DNA of 64,000 bases from an uncultured delta proteobacterium (GTDB lineage Bacteria > Desulfobacterota > Syntrophia > Syntrophales > UBA2185). Within the stretch, counting starts at the first letter, position 1. Each line of letters opens with the position of its first letter. The stretch covers positions 1-64,000 of the forward strand of contig CAVOID010000007.1 in assembly GCA_963695875.1 (NCBI GenBank), read 5' to 3'. The position numbers and the translations under genes were made by a program. The notes under the pieces are model-generated. The model ran no database searches. It was not told the origin of the DNA and worked only from the letters and a program-made list of their open reading frames with translations. This document shows positions 1 through 10,849 of this stretch, piece after piece.

Positions 1-119
1 GTCACCTATTAAAAGGCACCTTGTCAAGTAACAAAATTACACGTCTCGAAAATAATAATTTTCGTAAAAATAAAAGATACAGTATCGTTGTCATCAGCAT
101 CTTTTCTGGTGCCGTAGTT

Positions 120-400
120 TCTTTGCTTTGTGGTGTCAGTCTTCACTGCACCAGTCACCCATCAGGATTAAGGTCTTGCTGAAATAGAACATATCAGGAC
201 CCATTCCGCCATAGCGGACCAGAAAATCTTCGGTTCCAGGCCATGTCCAATTGTGGCTTCTAAGCTCAATTCTCATGGTTTTTAACCATCCTTCGTATGG
301 CTCACGGCATGGTCAGTAAAGATGTGAGAGCATCTGTCGGACGAAACGCTCTACCAATCAATAATATGGTTCTGCCAACGAAATCTCTGGATGAGCGTTC
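120..400 (-). ncRNA. putative bridge/seek RNA of IS110 #1
   Basis: CAATAAT at 359-365 equals the target flank at 1529-1535; CACCCAT at 156-162 approximates the donor end CACCTAT at 3-9; each sits beside a hairpin; ends approximate. Confidence 0.6.
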
Positions 401-409
401 CGTCCTTTT

Positions 410-1432
410 TCATGTGGCAAACAGTTTCTCCGGTATGAACGGTACCTGATCCTTCATGACATGATATGCTGCTCGGGCCAATTTATGGGCCAGTGCATTA
501 TGTGCAATCATAAAATTTGTCTTCTGCATTTTACGGTTGTAATAAGCTCTTGACAGGGGATCATACCGCCTGGCAAGTTCCGCTGCTTCGGAAAATGCCC
601 ATGCCAGATACTTGTTACCATTTTTCTTATTTCCGCTGCCCTTTGCTTTTTCGTTGCTGGTCCAGCGGGACGAAACCTTGCGACAATAGGAACAGTAATT
701 GCCTACTTTCTGAAACCGGTCAATGGATCCTGTTTCCAGCATGATAGTTAGACCAAGAACCTTTCCAATGCCGGGTAGCGTTAACAATTTTTGATAGGGA
801 TCCTTTAATCGAACCTTACACTCAACGGTGTATTCAATGGCCCGAATCTTCGATGTTAAAAAGTCGATGCTCTCTTTGGTGACCTTGCCGGACAGGGCTA
901 ACTCCTCATTTTCCTTTAGAAGAGGGGTCACACGGTCTTCCTTTAATCTTTTGATGTCATTACTGTCAATCTTGACGCCGCAGTTCCTCACGATAATGTT
1001 CTGCAGACTCAAGATCAGGGATGTCCTCAACTTGACCAGATGTCCCCTTTTGCGAAGCAGATCCCGAATAGCCCGCTCTTCCTTCGGATATATATGGCCT
1101 TCCGGTAAAATATCGAGTCTCAACATCTCCGCAAGCCAGAAAGCATCTTCTTTGTCATCCGAATGTTTCAGGCCCTTATACTTCTTAATGGCTGCCGTAT
1201 TCGCCAGATGAACCTTATAACCCGCATCCACCAAGGTGTCCACGATCCAATACCAGTTATAGGTGGATTCCACGACAATGCCGATTATGTGTTTCCGATG
1301 GGGACTGAGAAAATCGAGAATAATCCCAGAATCATTTGGTAATTTCTTCTTGGCAACCCTGTTCCCTTCGTGATCAATGATGGCCACATAAGTGTTGTTT
1401 GCATGTAAATCAAAAGCCGTGTACAATTCCAT
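410..1432 (-). CDS. IS110 family transposase/recombinase
   Basis: N-terminal DEDD RuvC-like motifs (AFDLH, VVEST, HSDDKEDA); C-terminal LPGIG...SN...GNKYLAWAFSEAA; GGAGG RBS before ATG at 1432. Confidence 0.95.
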   Translation of the reverse strand: MELYTAFDLHANNTYVAIIDHEGNRVAKKKLPNDSGIILDFLSPHRKHIIGIVVESTYNWYWIVDTLVDAGYKVHLANTAAIKKYKGLKHSDDKEDAFWLAEMLRLDILPEGHIYPKEERAIRDLLRKRGHLVKLRTSLILSLQNIIVRNCGVKIDSNDIKRLKEDRVTPLLKENEELALSGKVTKESIDFLTSKIRAIEYTVECKVRLKDPYQKLLTLPGIGKVLGLTIMLETGSIDRFQKVGNYCSYCRKVSSRWTSNEKAKGSGNKKNGNKYLAWAFSEAAELARRYDPLSRAYYNRKMQKTNFMIAHNALAHKLARAAYHVMKDQVPFIPEKLFAT

Positions 1433-1531
1433 ATAGCACCTCCTCAAGGTAAGATTGATCTCTTTCCCGGAGCATAACAGAATGTAACCATATCTGCTAT
1501 GCCCAGGAGGTGCCTTTTAGATGATTATCAA

Positions 1532-1542
1532 TAATCTTAAAA
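1532..1542. repeat. half of a dif-like X palindrome, abutting IS110 #1
   Basis: TAATCTTAAAA is the reverse complement of the arm TTTTAAGATTA seen at 8923 and 23385. Confidence 0.65.
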
Positions 1543-1582
1543 ATAACTGTACTTGCGAAAGAACTCTCGACACTTACTTTCA

Positions 1583-1679
1583 CTTACAAAGTGTGGGCGC
1601 GGCCCAGATATCGAAATGCTTCATTTCCATTTGTAATCTGGAATAAAACCTGCTTATACTTCAAGCGCAAATCAGAAAG
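1583..1679 (+). repeat. complete C-N36-A-N35-B site (degenerate)
   Basis: CTTAC 1583-87, 36 bp, TTTCCATTTGTA 1624-35, 35 bp, ATCAGAAAG 1671-79. Confidence 0.55.
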
Positions 1680-1748
1680 ACATAACGGATCAGATTGTTT
1701 TTAGTCTTTGTTCTTTAATTTTTCTTAGAATGAAAGGAGTGTATAATT

Positions 1749-2540
1749 ATGGAAGGTCAGAATTTCATAGAAGCAGTTGATTTTATAAGAAACAACCTGA
1801 GGCTCAAGACTTTCCCGGTGGCAGTTAAGTTCTTGAAGGATAAAAAGGAATTCCCTGAAAAAACCCGCCAACCGTCTGTAGCCCTCGGGAAAAGGATAAC
1901 CATTTGCCAGGCCGTTACTATGGCCCGTGTTTATGGATGGACTATGGGCTTGACAAAGGACGATATTATCTGCGTTCCCGCGGCCATTGCCTTCGGCTTC
2001 AGTACGTCAATCAATTCAGCTGATTCTCTGGGGAAGCTCTTCTGTGAGGGAAGCTACTCGAAAAGTGAGGATGTCGGGCGTAAGGAGGCTGCCTCGATCA
2101 AACTATTGGAGAAGGATGAGTATGAAGCCATTTTGCTTTCACCTTTACAAAGGGCGACCTTTGAACCGGATACGGTTGCCTTTTATGGAAATCCGGCTCA
2201 GCTCATGCGACTGGTACATGCTTGGACTTATCGAGAAGGCCAACGCGTTAAGGGTAACTTTGGAGGTAAAGTTGAATGCACCGAATATCTCCTTGCGCCA
2301 TTTAAGGATCAGGTGCCGCATATTGCCATCCCCGGGACAGGGGACCGTGTCTTCTCCATGACTCAGGATGACGAAATTGTTTTTTCAGCTCCAGGTAAAT
2401 ACCTTATGGAAATAGTTCAGGCTTTCAAGGAGGCAGGGAAAAAAGTTGGTGCACAGTATCCTGTGCCTGTTTATCTTAACTTTCAGCCGGAATTTCCAAA
2501 GCAGTTCAAAGAACTCGGAAAAGAGTTGGGTATTCTATAA
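1749..2540 (+). CDS. DUF169 domain protein
   Basis: PVAVKF..CQA...AR..G...C.A..FG and NPAQLMRL...EC...PG.GDR motifs. Confidence 0.85.
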   Translation: MEGQNFIEAVDFIRNNLRLKTFPVAVKFLKDKKEFPEKTRQPSVALGKRITICQAVTMARVYGWTMGLTKDDIICVPAAIAFGFSTSINSADSLGKLFCEGSYSKSEDVGRKEAASIKLLEKDEYEAILLSPLQRATFEPDTVAFYGNPAQLMRLVHAWTYREGQRVKGNFGGKVECTEYLLAPFKDQVPHIAIPGTGDRVFSMTQDDEIVFSAPGKYLMEIVQAFKEAGKKVGAQYPVPVYLNFQPEFPKQFKELGKELGIL

Positions 2541-2645
2541 GTATATAAAGCAAGAATTATTTGCGGAGGGTGATGCCTTTAAAGCATTGCCCTTTGCTTT
2601 TTAAGAAGAATGCCCCCATTCTTATCATTTACTTGATGCCGTTGT

Positions 2646-2996
2646 TCAGGCGAGCGCAGGATACCAGGTGTCGTGGGCTACGAAGTCTTCTTCGATGTCG
2701 TGTGGTTGGTGCAGTGTTCCTTTCGGAATTCTCAGAAAACTTCCCGCGACCAGCGGCACGTCTCCGATGCCTTCGACCCACATCTTGGCCTTGCCCTTCA
2801 GCACATAGATGATGTCGTCCGAGTTCTCGTGTAAGTGCTTCTCTACTTGCGACCCGACCGGCAGGTGAACGAGAGCGCATGTAATGTCAACCTTGTCCGC
2901 TCGTTTGGACACGAGATATGCGACTTCAACGCCAGGCAGTTGCGGATGAGGGTCCCACTTCCGTTCTTCGGGTTGAATAAGCTTATAGTTCTCCAT
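2646..2996 (-). CDS. cupin domain protein
   Basis: H.H..SDDIIYVLKG and IPKGTLHQP cupin motifs; start set at MENYK. Confidence 0.85.
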   Translation of the reverse strand: MENYKLIQPEERKWDPHPQLPGVEVAYLVSKRADKVDITCALVHLPVGSQVEKHLHENSDDIIYVLKGKAKMWVEGIGDVPLVAGSFLRIPKGTLHQPHDIEEDFVAHDTWYPALA

Positions 2997-3038
2997 GTTT
3001 TTCTCCCATTGCCTCACTGTTCCGATAAGGATGATAAG

Positions 3039-3096
3039 TATTTCCAGTTGAAATATTGTAACAGGAAACAATATCAAAAAGCAACACTTCAAGAAG
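3039..3096 (+). repeat. A-N35-B site
   Basis: TTTCCAGTTGAA, 35 bp, TTCAAGAAG. Confidence 0.65.
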
Positions 3097-3131
3097 AAGT
3101 GCTCGCTACCCTCTGTTGGGTCATGTCCCAT

Positions 3132-3410
3132 TTAGGACACATTAACTCTCTTCTTCAAGTCCTTCCCCACCTTGAAGAACGCCATCCTTTTGGGCTTCAC
3201 ATCAATTTTTCCTCCCGTCTTCGGGTTCCTTCCCGCATAAGATTTGTATTTCCTCACAGAAAATCTCCCAAATCCCCTGATCTCAATCTTACTACTATTT
3301 TTTAGTGTTTTGGTAAAACCGCCAAATATCAGGTTAATGATAGTCTTAGCGTCCTTCTCTGTGAGATCTTCTTTCTCTACTAATGCCATAATTAAATCGA
3401 ATTTGTTCAT
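3132..3410 (-). CDS. ihfB: integration host factor beta / HU family protein
   Basis: IEIRGFG.F...GRNPKTG...F..GK.LK motif. Confidence 0.85.
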   Translation of the reverse strand: MNKFDLIMALVEKEDLTEKDAKTIINLIFGGFTKTLKNSSKIEIRGFGRFSVRKYKSYAGRNPKTGGKIDVKPKRMAFFKVGKDLKKRVNVS

Positions 3411-3541
3411 ATTATGTTACCCCTAAAATATTATTCCTTTATTATTTTCAGTTCTACTGTAGTGTTGGCAATAAAGTGAAGTGACTGTTTCTAAGGTAAC
3501 ATATAAAATTTATCAGAATATGTCGAAGAACTACAGAATAT

Positions 3542-3569
3542 TTTTAAGATAATTACCATTTTCTTAAAA
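3542..3569. repeat. dif-like 11-6-11 palindrome X
   Basis: TTTTAAGATAA-TTACCA-TTTTCTTAAAA. Confidence 0.7.
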
Positions 3570-3781
3570 AAATCGACTTTTTTTGTATATGGTTGAACTT
3601 TATACCTGCCTATTCATATCTTTTTGTGAAGACGTAATTGGTTTTTATTGGAAGGCAACCTGCTTGTCCGCCCTAGGAATTACCTCAAAAACAAAAAATG
3701 CAGTTGAAGAAAAATCTCCAACCGCTGCGAAGCCAGTAATGAAGGGTAATCACTTATTTAACCATCAAAACCACTCCGTCC

Positions 3782-5755
3782 TTATCGCAACCCCTCTGCC
3801 ACGACCTCGGCGATGTCCTTGACCGCAACTCTATCGGCATTCTTGTCTTTCAGGCCGTCTTCAAACATGGTCATGCAGTATGGGCATGTCACGCAGACTG
3901 TGTCAGGATTCTTTTTGAGGGCTTCGGATACTCGCTCCAGATTGATGCGGGTGCCGAGGTGCTCTTCCATCCACATCCTGCCGCCGCCTGCGCCGCAGCA
4001 GAAAGAATTGTTCCTGTTCCTTTCCATCTCTTCCGGAGGCTTGCCGGTAGCCTGGTTGATTATATTTCTGGGCGAATCATAGATATCGTTATGCCGTGCC
4101 GAGGTAGCAGGAATCATGGAACACGATCTTGCCAAGATTGACGCTTGTTCTTGAGCTTCAGCTTGCCCGTTGGGAGAAGATCATTGATGAGGTCGGCGTG
4201 ATGGATGACCTCTCCGTCGAAGCCATACTGCTTGTAGTCGTTCTTCAGGGTTGAAAAGCAGTGCGGGCACATGGTGATGATCTTCTTCACACCCTTGTCC
4301 TTGAACATCTTGACATTGTCCCTGGCCATCTTGTCGAAAACAAACTCGTTGCCGAGCCTGCGCAGGCTGTCACCGCAGCACATCTCGTCCTTGCCCAGGA
4401 TGCCCCAGGATATCTCCGGCTGCATCGAGGACCGCTGCCAAGTGCCACGGTGACCAGCTTGTTCCTGGAGTCGAAAGCGCCGGCGCACCCTACGAAGAGG
4501 AGGTACTCGGTGGATACCGTCGAACGGCTTCACCTGCATCTGGGAGCACCACTTGGTCCTCTCGGCGGTGCGATGCCCCACGGGTTGCTGCGCTGCTCCA
4601 TATTCTCGAAGAGGTTCAGCAGCTCTTCCGGAAAATGGGCCTTCATCTCCACCAGGTAGCGCCTGAGCTGGAGGATCTTGGGCATCTGCTCGATGAATAC
4701 CGGGCAGACTTCCATGCATGCACCGCAGGTAGTGCAGGACCAGATCTGCATCTTCGGTGATGCTGCCTTCGCCGTTATTGCCGATGAGCGGCAGCGTCGG
4801 CTTCTGGCTCTTCTTTCACGGCCGGGCCGTTGTCCAGCAGGTTGATCTTGAGATCATGGATGACCTGCCTCGGGTTCAACGGCTTGCCGGTATTTGCCGC
4901 AGGACATGCAATCTGGCACCTGCCGCACTCGGTACAGGCATAGGAATCGAAGAGGTCTTTCCAGGTAAACTGGTCGACGGTTTCCACACCGAATTTGTTG
5001 CCCTTTACAAACGTCTCCATAGGCAGCGTGTTGGCCTTCCCGAAACGCCTGAAGTAGCAGCTCGGGATGGAGGACAGTATGTGCATGTGCTTGCTGTACG
5101 GCAGATAGTTCAGGAAGGAGAGCAGCACGACGGCATGAACCCACCACCAGAAAGCGATAAGCGATTTCGCGCTCTCGGCTGTATGGCCGGCATATAATGA
5201 AGCACCTACGCATCGATGAGACGGGCATAAAGGCTGAAGCTGCTTCCTGGCCGACGGCTATCTCGATGCCGTGCAGGTTGAAGAAGGCGATCATCAGCAA
5301 GGCGATCAGGGAAAGGATGACATAGGCATCCAGTGTAATTGCCTCAGGATATGGAGGCCACAGCAGCCGCCTTATACCGGCGATAATTACGCAGACAAGG
5401 GCAATGAGCGATACGAGATCAAACAGGAATACGAGCGGGTGATAGATCGCGTTCGGCGAGCATCGAGAAGCTTATGGCCGGGAATATACCGTGTATGCAG
5501 AATTCGGCATTGGCAATCATCAGGATCATGAACGACCAGAAAAGGATGAAATGGTTGATACCGAAGGGCTTCTGCAAGACCCGCTTCTGGGCAAACGCAT
5601 AAATAAAGGTATCTCGAATCCTGGCAGCGACGTCCTTGAAACGGTCTTCCGGTTTGCCGATGGTCACCAGGCCGAAGCGTTGAAAGCAGCTCCACGCAAA
5701 CAGAAGAACAGCGGCAATAAAAACAACGGCAAAAATCAGTCGGATTGGGTATCAT
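3782..5755 (-). pseudogene. membrane Fe-S oxidoreductase (FadF/DUF224, HdrD-like CCG domains), multiply frameshifted
   Basis: Fragments carry CTECGRCQIACP, CTTCGACMEVCP, CCGD..RRLGNE, CPHC, CCGAGGGRMW and CPYC in different frames; the breaks may be read errors. Confidence 0.85.
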
Positions 5756-5784
5756 GAAAATATTCCTTCTCTCATACTTTCAGT

Positions 5785-7131
5785 CTAACAGACCTTCGGT
5801 GTCCCTCTCCGGGCCTTAACCTGCCGGACATGCTCCGTGATCGCCGGAACGATCTTGAAAAGATCGCCGACGATGCCGAATGTCGCCACCTCGAAGATCG
5901 GGGCCTCGCGATCGCGGTTGATGGCGATGATCATATCCGAGTCCTGCATGCCGACCAGGTGCTGAATGGCGCCGCTGATGCCGCAGGCGATGTAGATCTT
6001 CGGCCGCACGGTCTTGCCTGTCTGCCCGACCTGGCGTTCCACCGGCATCCACCCAGCGTCAACAGCGCTCCTGGATGAGGCTACCACGCCGCCCAGTTCG
6101 TCCGCAAGCTCCTGCAGGATTTTGAAGTTTTCTTTCGCCATCATGCCCCTGCCGCCGGAAACAATGTACTCCGCGCACCGACGATATCAACGCTGTCCTT
6201 TTGATCGGCATCACTGATGACATCCAGCACCTTGGTGAGGACGTCCTCTTCCTTCATGGTCATTTGTTCCCGGATGATTTCTCCAGTCGCATTCTCGATC
6301 CGGATAGGCATCGGCATGACGTGAGGACGGACCGAGGCCATCTGGGGCCGCCTTTGCTCGCAGACTATCGTTGCCATGATGTTCCCGCCGAAGGCCGGAC
6401 GCGTCTGCAGCAACAGTCCTTTCTCATCGATATCAAGGCCCGTACAGTCGGCTGTCAGACCGGTCCTCAGCTTTGTCGCAACAGCTCCGGCGAGATCCCT
6501 TCCCAGTCCGGTGGCTCCCATAAGGACGATCTCAGGTTTGTACTTTTCCACCAGGTAGCAGATGCTCTCGAGATAAGGGCCTGTCCGATAGTAATGACAG
6601 TACGGGATCATCGATGAGATATGCCTTGGTTGCCCCATAGGCGAATGCTTCCTGACAGAGCCTCTCCACATTGTGCCCGAGAACCACGGCGCACGATTCG
6701 ACCTGAAGCTGCGAAGCCAGTTGGCGCCGACTCCCAGGAGCTCCCAGGAGACCCTGGCAGGGATACAATCGGTCTGCTCGACAAAGACCCATACCCCCCG
6801 GTACTGGGCCAGATAATTCTTCAGCTTTGCCTCTTCGTAGTCTTCTTCCTCAACCGGTGCGCCCCCAATGCCCTTTTCCGCCGCAAGCTGCTTGAGGATT
6901 TCCATCTCCTCCGGGGTAAAGAACATCTCAAGGGCTTCAGCCGGGCAAATCTCAACGCATTTCTGGCAACCGATACATTTATCCGCAAGGATGATGGGCT
7001 CACCCTTTTCATTCATCTCAATCGCTTCCGCCAGGGCAGGCGCTCTGACAGCGCGCTCCGCAGGCAATACACTTGTTGGGGATGAGAGATGCTTTACCTC
7101 GCGGCTTCTTAACTTTTTTCGGTTTGTCCAT
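5785..7131 (-). pseudogene. etfA: electron transfer flavoprotein alpha with N-terminal 4Fe-4S domain, frameshifted
   Basis: [45 protein letters not shown]; several indels. Confidence 0.9.
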
Positions 7132-7167
7132 CTGTCTTGTTTCTATCGATATTCAGTTATTTCTTAA

Positions 7168-7983
7168 CTATCCCAGCGTCAGCAATTCCTTCTGGACCAG
7201 TTTTTCCACCAGCATTCCTGCGGTGCCGTTCGGGTCATTTACGCCATCACCAACGATCTCGCCCTTTTCGCGCTCAGGAGAGAATATTTTCCTCACCGCG
7301 GTAGGAGAACCCTTGAGACCGATCTGCTGGACATCAAGGTTCATAATCTTGTTGTCCCACAGGGTCAGGTCATGTTCCTGGGCCTCGAGGCGCATGGGGA
7401 CTGACGGATAGCGGGGTTTGTTGATCTCCCTGACTACGGATATCATCGCCGGCAGCTTGGCCTCGACGATCTCGTGACGTCCTTCGAGCTTCCTGCTCAC
7501 TCTGATCTTCTTGTTCCTGAGATCGATGTCATTGATGCGATCTACAAGGGTCAACGGGGCCAGACCGAGGCGGATCGCTATGCCGGGACCCACCTGGGCG
7601 GTATCGCCATCGATGGATTGCTTGCCGCAGAGCACAAGGGCAAGGTCATCTTCCTCAGCTAGCTTCATGATGGCCTTGCTGAGGACCAGGCTGGTGACCA
7701 GAGTATCTGCTCCGCTGAAGACACGATCCGATAGCATGATGGATTCATCCACACCCAGAGAAAGGGCCTTGCGCAGTGTCATCTCAGAATTGGGGGGACC
7801 CATGGAGATCGCCACCACCCGCGCTCCGAATTTATCCTTTATGCGGAGGGCCTCTTCCAGGGCATGGATATCAAAGGGATTCACGATAAAGGGTATCCCT
7901 TCCCGAACCAGGGAGTTGGTAACAGGATCGATTTTTACCTGAGTTGTGTCCGGCACCTGTTTGATGCAAGCAACGATGAGCAT
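7168..7983 (-). CDS. etfB: electron transfer flavoprotein beta
   Basis: CIKQVPDT, GADT, GKQSIDGDTAQVGP, GLKGSPT. Confidence 0.95.
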   Translation of the reverse strand: MLIVACIKQVPDTTQVKIDPVTNSLVREGIPFIVNPFDIHALEEALRIKDKFGARVVAISMGPPNSEMTLRKALSLGVDESIMLSDRVFSGADTLVTSLVLSKAIMKLAEEDDLALVLCGKQSIDGDTAQVGPGIAIRLGLAPLTLVDRINDIDLRNKKIRVSRKLEGRHEIVEAKLPAMISVVREINKPRYPSVPMRLEAQEHDLTLWDNKIMNLDVQQIGLKGSPTAVRKIFSPEREKGEIVGDGVNDPNGTAGMLVEKLVQKELLTLG

Positions 7984-8025
7984 TACTTATCCTTCTAAAA
8001 TTTTCCCATTCCCCTGCCTTCTTAC

Positions 8026-8511
8026 TCAATATTCGTCCAAAACAGAGAGCCCTCGCTCACCAATCAGAATAATCTCGGTATGGTTCAGACGGGTGGCTAT
8101 TACTTTTGCCGTGGCCTGCATGAAATTATATCCTAATGTAATGTCTTTATTCAGCAGCTCCCTGAGTTTAGCTCCATCGAAGGCAATGGCTTTCGAGTCA
8201 TCAATACATCGAGCTCCTAAGGTGTACACATAAGGCTCAATAACTGCTGACCATCCCATAGCATCTCCCTTTGTGATGAGATCCACAGTGACCTGCATTG
8301 GTGGTTTAGCAGTACCCATGTAGGTATCCATGACCAGAACAACCTTTCCCCCTGCCAACATGTAGAGGTTCTTCGCTGAATCTCCCTTTTTCCACAACTG
8401 GAAACCGGCCTTATAAGATTCTTCGGTAGCGATATCCGCCAGTTTTTTGATCTGTTCCTCACTGAACCCTTTGAAAAAATTGTATTGCTTTAAGAGATCT
8501 ACCGAAACCAT
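8026..8511 (-). CDS. stand-alone cyclic nucleotide-binding domain protein
   Basis: cNMP-fold pattern with GDAMGWSAV; no C-terminal HTH. Confidence 0.85.
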   Translation of the reverse strand: MVSVDLLKQYNFFKGFSEEQIKKLADIATEESYKAGFQLWKKGDSAKNLYMLAGGKVVLVMDTYMGTAKPPMQVTVDLITKGDAMGWSAVIEPYVYTLGARCIDDSKAIAFDGAKLRELLNKDITLGYNFMQATAKVIATRLNHTEIILIGERGLSVLDEY

Positions 8512-8922
8512 GAACTGTTACCTCCTTTCTGAATAGTTGGCATGCTTTTTTCCCCTACAGGAAGTGTTTTTCGAAATTGCATATATTATATTTTTAAATA
8601 CTTTTTTCCTTATAAATCCATCAGGCATATTCTGATTTCAACGGTCTAAATCCCTTAGTCAATAAAGGTCAGAGACAGACAGAGTTTTCTGACAGCAAAC
8701 CCATGAAATTCCTGTGTGGATAATTTGGATATAAAAGATGGCGTGACTTTTCTTGATTTTCACATGAAATGTTGGACTGACGGACTGACTAAGAAAAACA
8801 AAAGAGGAAGCCATCTGCATTTTACATAAACGGAAAGCAGACCGTCAAAGTTTCACATGTTTCTGTCGATTAGGAAGAAGGGAATGCAATTGACATCCAC
8901 ACAGATAGTTCATTTGCCAAAT

Positions 8923-8950
8923 TTTTAAGATTATCAGTATTCTCTTAAAA
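8923..8950. repeat. dif-like palindrome X
   Basis: TTTTAAGATTA-TCAGTA-TTCTCTTAAAA. Confidence 0.7.
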
Positions 8951-9116
8951 ATTTCATTTGCTGCCATACTAGGCGTAGTGGCAATCAAGATATCATAGAC
9001 TCATGAATATTTTATGCTCCGGCGCCAACTAATTTTTCCATGTTCGTCAGCAAGAGTGCCCAAGCGGAACCTTTGCCTTTCATCTCCTAAGTCTGTTTTT
9101 ATTAATGTACTTATAC

Positions 9117-9145
9117 TTGACATTTAGACGTCTAAATGGTAAATA
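9117..9145 (+). promoter_or_regulatory. sigma70-like promoter overlapped by a perfect 18-bp palindrome
   Basis: TTGACA 9117-22; CATTTAGACGTCTAAATG 9121-38. Confidence 0.55.
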
Positions 9146-9153
9146 CACTTCCC

Positions 9154-10308
9154 ATGATTGAGCGAACGTTTTGGATAAAACGGATTCAAGAGGCCTGGAA
9201 AAAGCGACCGATCGTATGGCTGTCGGGAGTTCGCAGGGTAGGGAAGACAACCTTAGCCCGGATGTTTCCCAAGGCAGTCTATCAAAATTGCGACCTGCCC
9301 TCAGTGGTGCGCCGATTAGTCGATCCGGAACCTTTCTACGACAGCCTCGATAAAGGGTCCATTGTTATCTTTGATGAAATCCACCGTGTAGAGGACCCGA
9401 GCCGTCTATTGAAAATTGCGGCAGACGCCTATCCGTACTTGAAAGTGCTCGCAACAGGCTCTTCAACGCTGGCGGCGACGAAGAAATTTCGCGATAGCCT
9501 GACGGGGCGAAAGCACATGATCTATTTGCCGCCGGTGCTCTGGAGCGAATGCATAGACAACTTCAACATAAAAGAACTGGACCGGCGATTGCTTCATGGA
9601 GGACTGCCGGAACCCTTGCTTTCGGATACGAAGCATGCCGCCTTTTTTTCGGAATGGATGGATAGTTTTTATGCCCGGGACATTCAGGAGCTTTTCAGTA
9701 TCCGCAACCGGACCGGCTTCATGAAGTTATTGCATTTGTTGTTTCGACAAAGCGGAAGTCTTATGGATTATACCAATCTGGCTCGATTAAGTGAATTAAG
9801 CAGACATACGGTAAAAGCGCACGTGGAAGCCATGGGTATTGCCCACGCAGTATTCCTGCTTCCTCCATTTCAGGGCGGGGGCCGCCGCGAAATTACGCGC
9901 AGACAGAAATGCTACGCCTTTGATACGGGGTTCGTAACGTTTGTTAAAGGTTGGGATACTATTCGTGATGACGATCGCGGTCTCTTGTGGGAACATCTGG
10001 CACTCGATATGCTGCGAACGCTAGTCGACGATCACAATGTGCTTTACTGGCGGGACAAATCCGGACGTGAGGTGGACTTTGTGGTCAGAGGCCAGGGGCA
10101 ACAAGCAAATGCCATTGAGTGCAAAATCAATCCTGATCACTTTGATCCTGCCAATCTTATGGTATTTCGATCGCTCTATCCTGAGGGGAAAAATTATGTG
10201 CTGAGTCCCAATATTAAATCCCCTTATCAGCGTCGTTATGAAAAAACCCTGATTCACTTTATATCGGTGGATCAGCTCTTTAAGATAAAAGAGAAGGGTT
10301 GTAGATAG
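9154..10308 (+). CDS. AAA ATPase with DUF4143 domain
   Basis: GVRRVGKT Walker A, IFDEIH Walker B, TGSS, GGLP, D.G, WRDKSGREVDF, IECK. Confidence 0.9.
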   Translation: MIERTFWIKRIQEAWKKRPIVWLSGVRRVGKTTLARMFPKAVYQNCDLPSVVRRLVDPEPFYDSLDKGSIVIFDEIHRVEDPSRLLKIAADAYPYLKVLATGSSTLAATKKFRDSLTGRKHMIYLPPVLWSECIDNFNIKELDRRLLHGGLPEPLLSDTKHAAFFSEWMDSFYARDIQELFSIRNRTGFMKLLHLLFRQSGSLMDYTNLARLSELSRHTVKAHVEAMGIAHAVFLLPPFQGGGRREITRRQKCYAFDTGFVTFVKGWDTIRDDDRGLLWEHLALDMLRTLVDDHNVLYWRDKSGREVDFVVRGQGQQANAIECKINPDHFDPANLMVFRSLYPEGKNYVLSPNIKSPYQRRYEKTLIHFISVDQLFKIKEKGCR

Positions 10309-10330
10309 GATCAAGAAAGATCACGGAAAG

Positions 10331-10828
10331 ATGATACTCCGACTCACACAAAGACTCTCAAAGAAACTCAGGATCACGCAACTGCACATCATTTCGCAGG
10401 ACGGGAATCCATATGCAGACTGGAGCGCCCATCTATTCACAGCACAACGTGTTCAATATATCATCCTGACCAACACCGTGTCTTTGTATTCCATGATTAT
10501 GTATGGGCGTGGCATGAGCAATGAAAAGAATTTTATTAAGGGAGTCCTGACCTACATAAAACAATTCATGGCCGCCGACGGTAATAAATCCATATTTGAA
10601 AAATACATTGAACCTCTCGCCGATGAAATATCATTCTCTAAGATAACGGATCGGAGAGTCATGGGATCAATGAATGACCTTATAGCTCAGGCGAAGGTCT
10701 ATCTCATCGAATGTCAACAATCGACTTTTCATGTTTCACTTCATCTGAATGAATCACCGATGTCGTATTTGAAGTATGGTCGTCCGAAAGATGCTTTCAA
10801 GGCGTTGAGTTTTGATAACAAAAAATAA
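10331..10828 (+). CDS. DUF6933-like hypothetical protein
   Basis: MILRLTQRL...W.AHLF...T.DRRV.GSMND pattern. Confidence 0.6.
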   Translation: MILRLTQRLSKKLRITQLHIISQDGNPYADWSAHLFTAQRVQYIILTNTVSLYSMIMYGRGMSNEKNFIKGVLTYIKQFMAADGNKSIFEKYIEPLADEISFSKITDRRVMGSMNDLIAQAKVYLIECQQSTFHVSLHLNESPMSYLKYGRPKDAFKALSFDNKK

Positions 10829-10849
10829 CCTTTCTCAATCTAAAAATGT

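Larger units (their letters stand above)
3..1530 (-). mobile_element. IS110-family (IS1111-type) insertion sequence #1
   Basis: 12-bp subterminal inverted repeats TAAAAGGCACCT (10-21) / AGGTGCCTTTTA (1508-1519); CA core at 3-4 and 1529-1530; long non-coding region downstream of the transposase. Confidence 0.85.
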
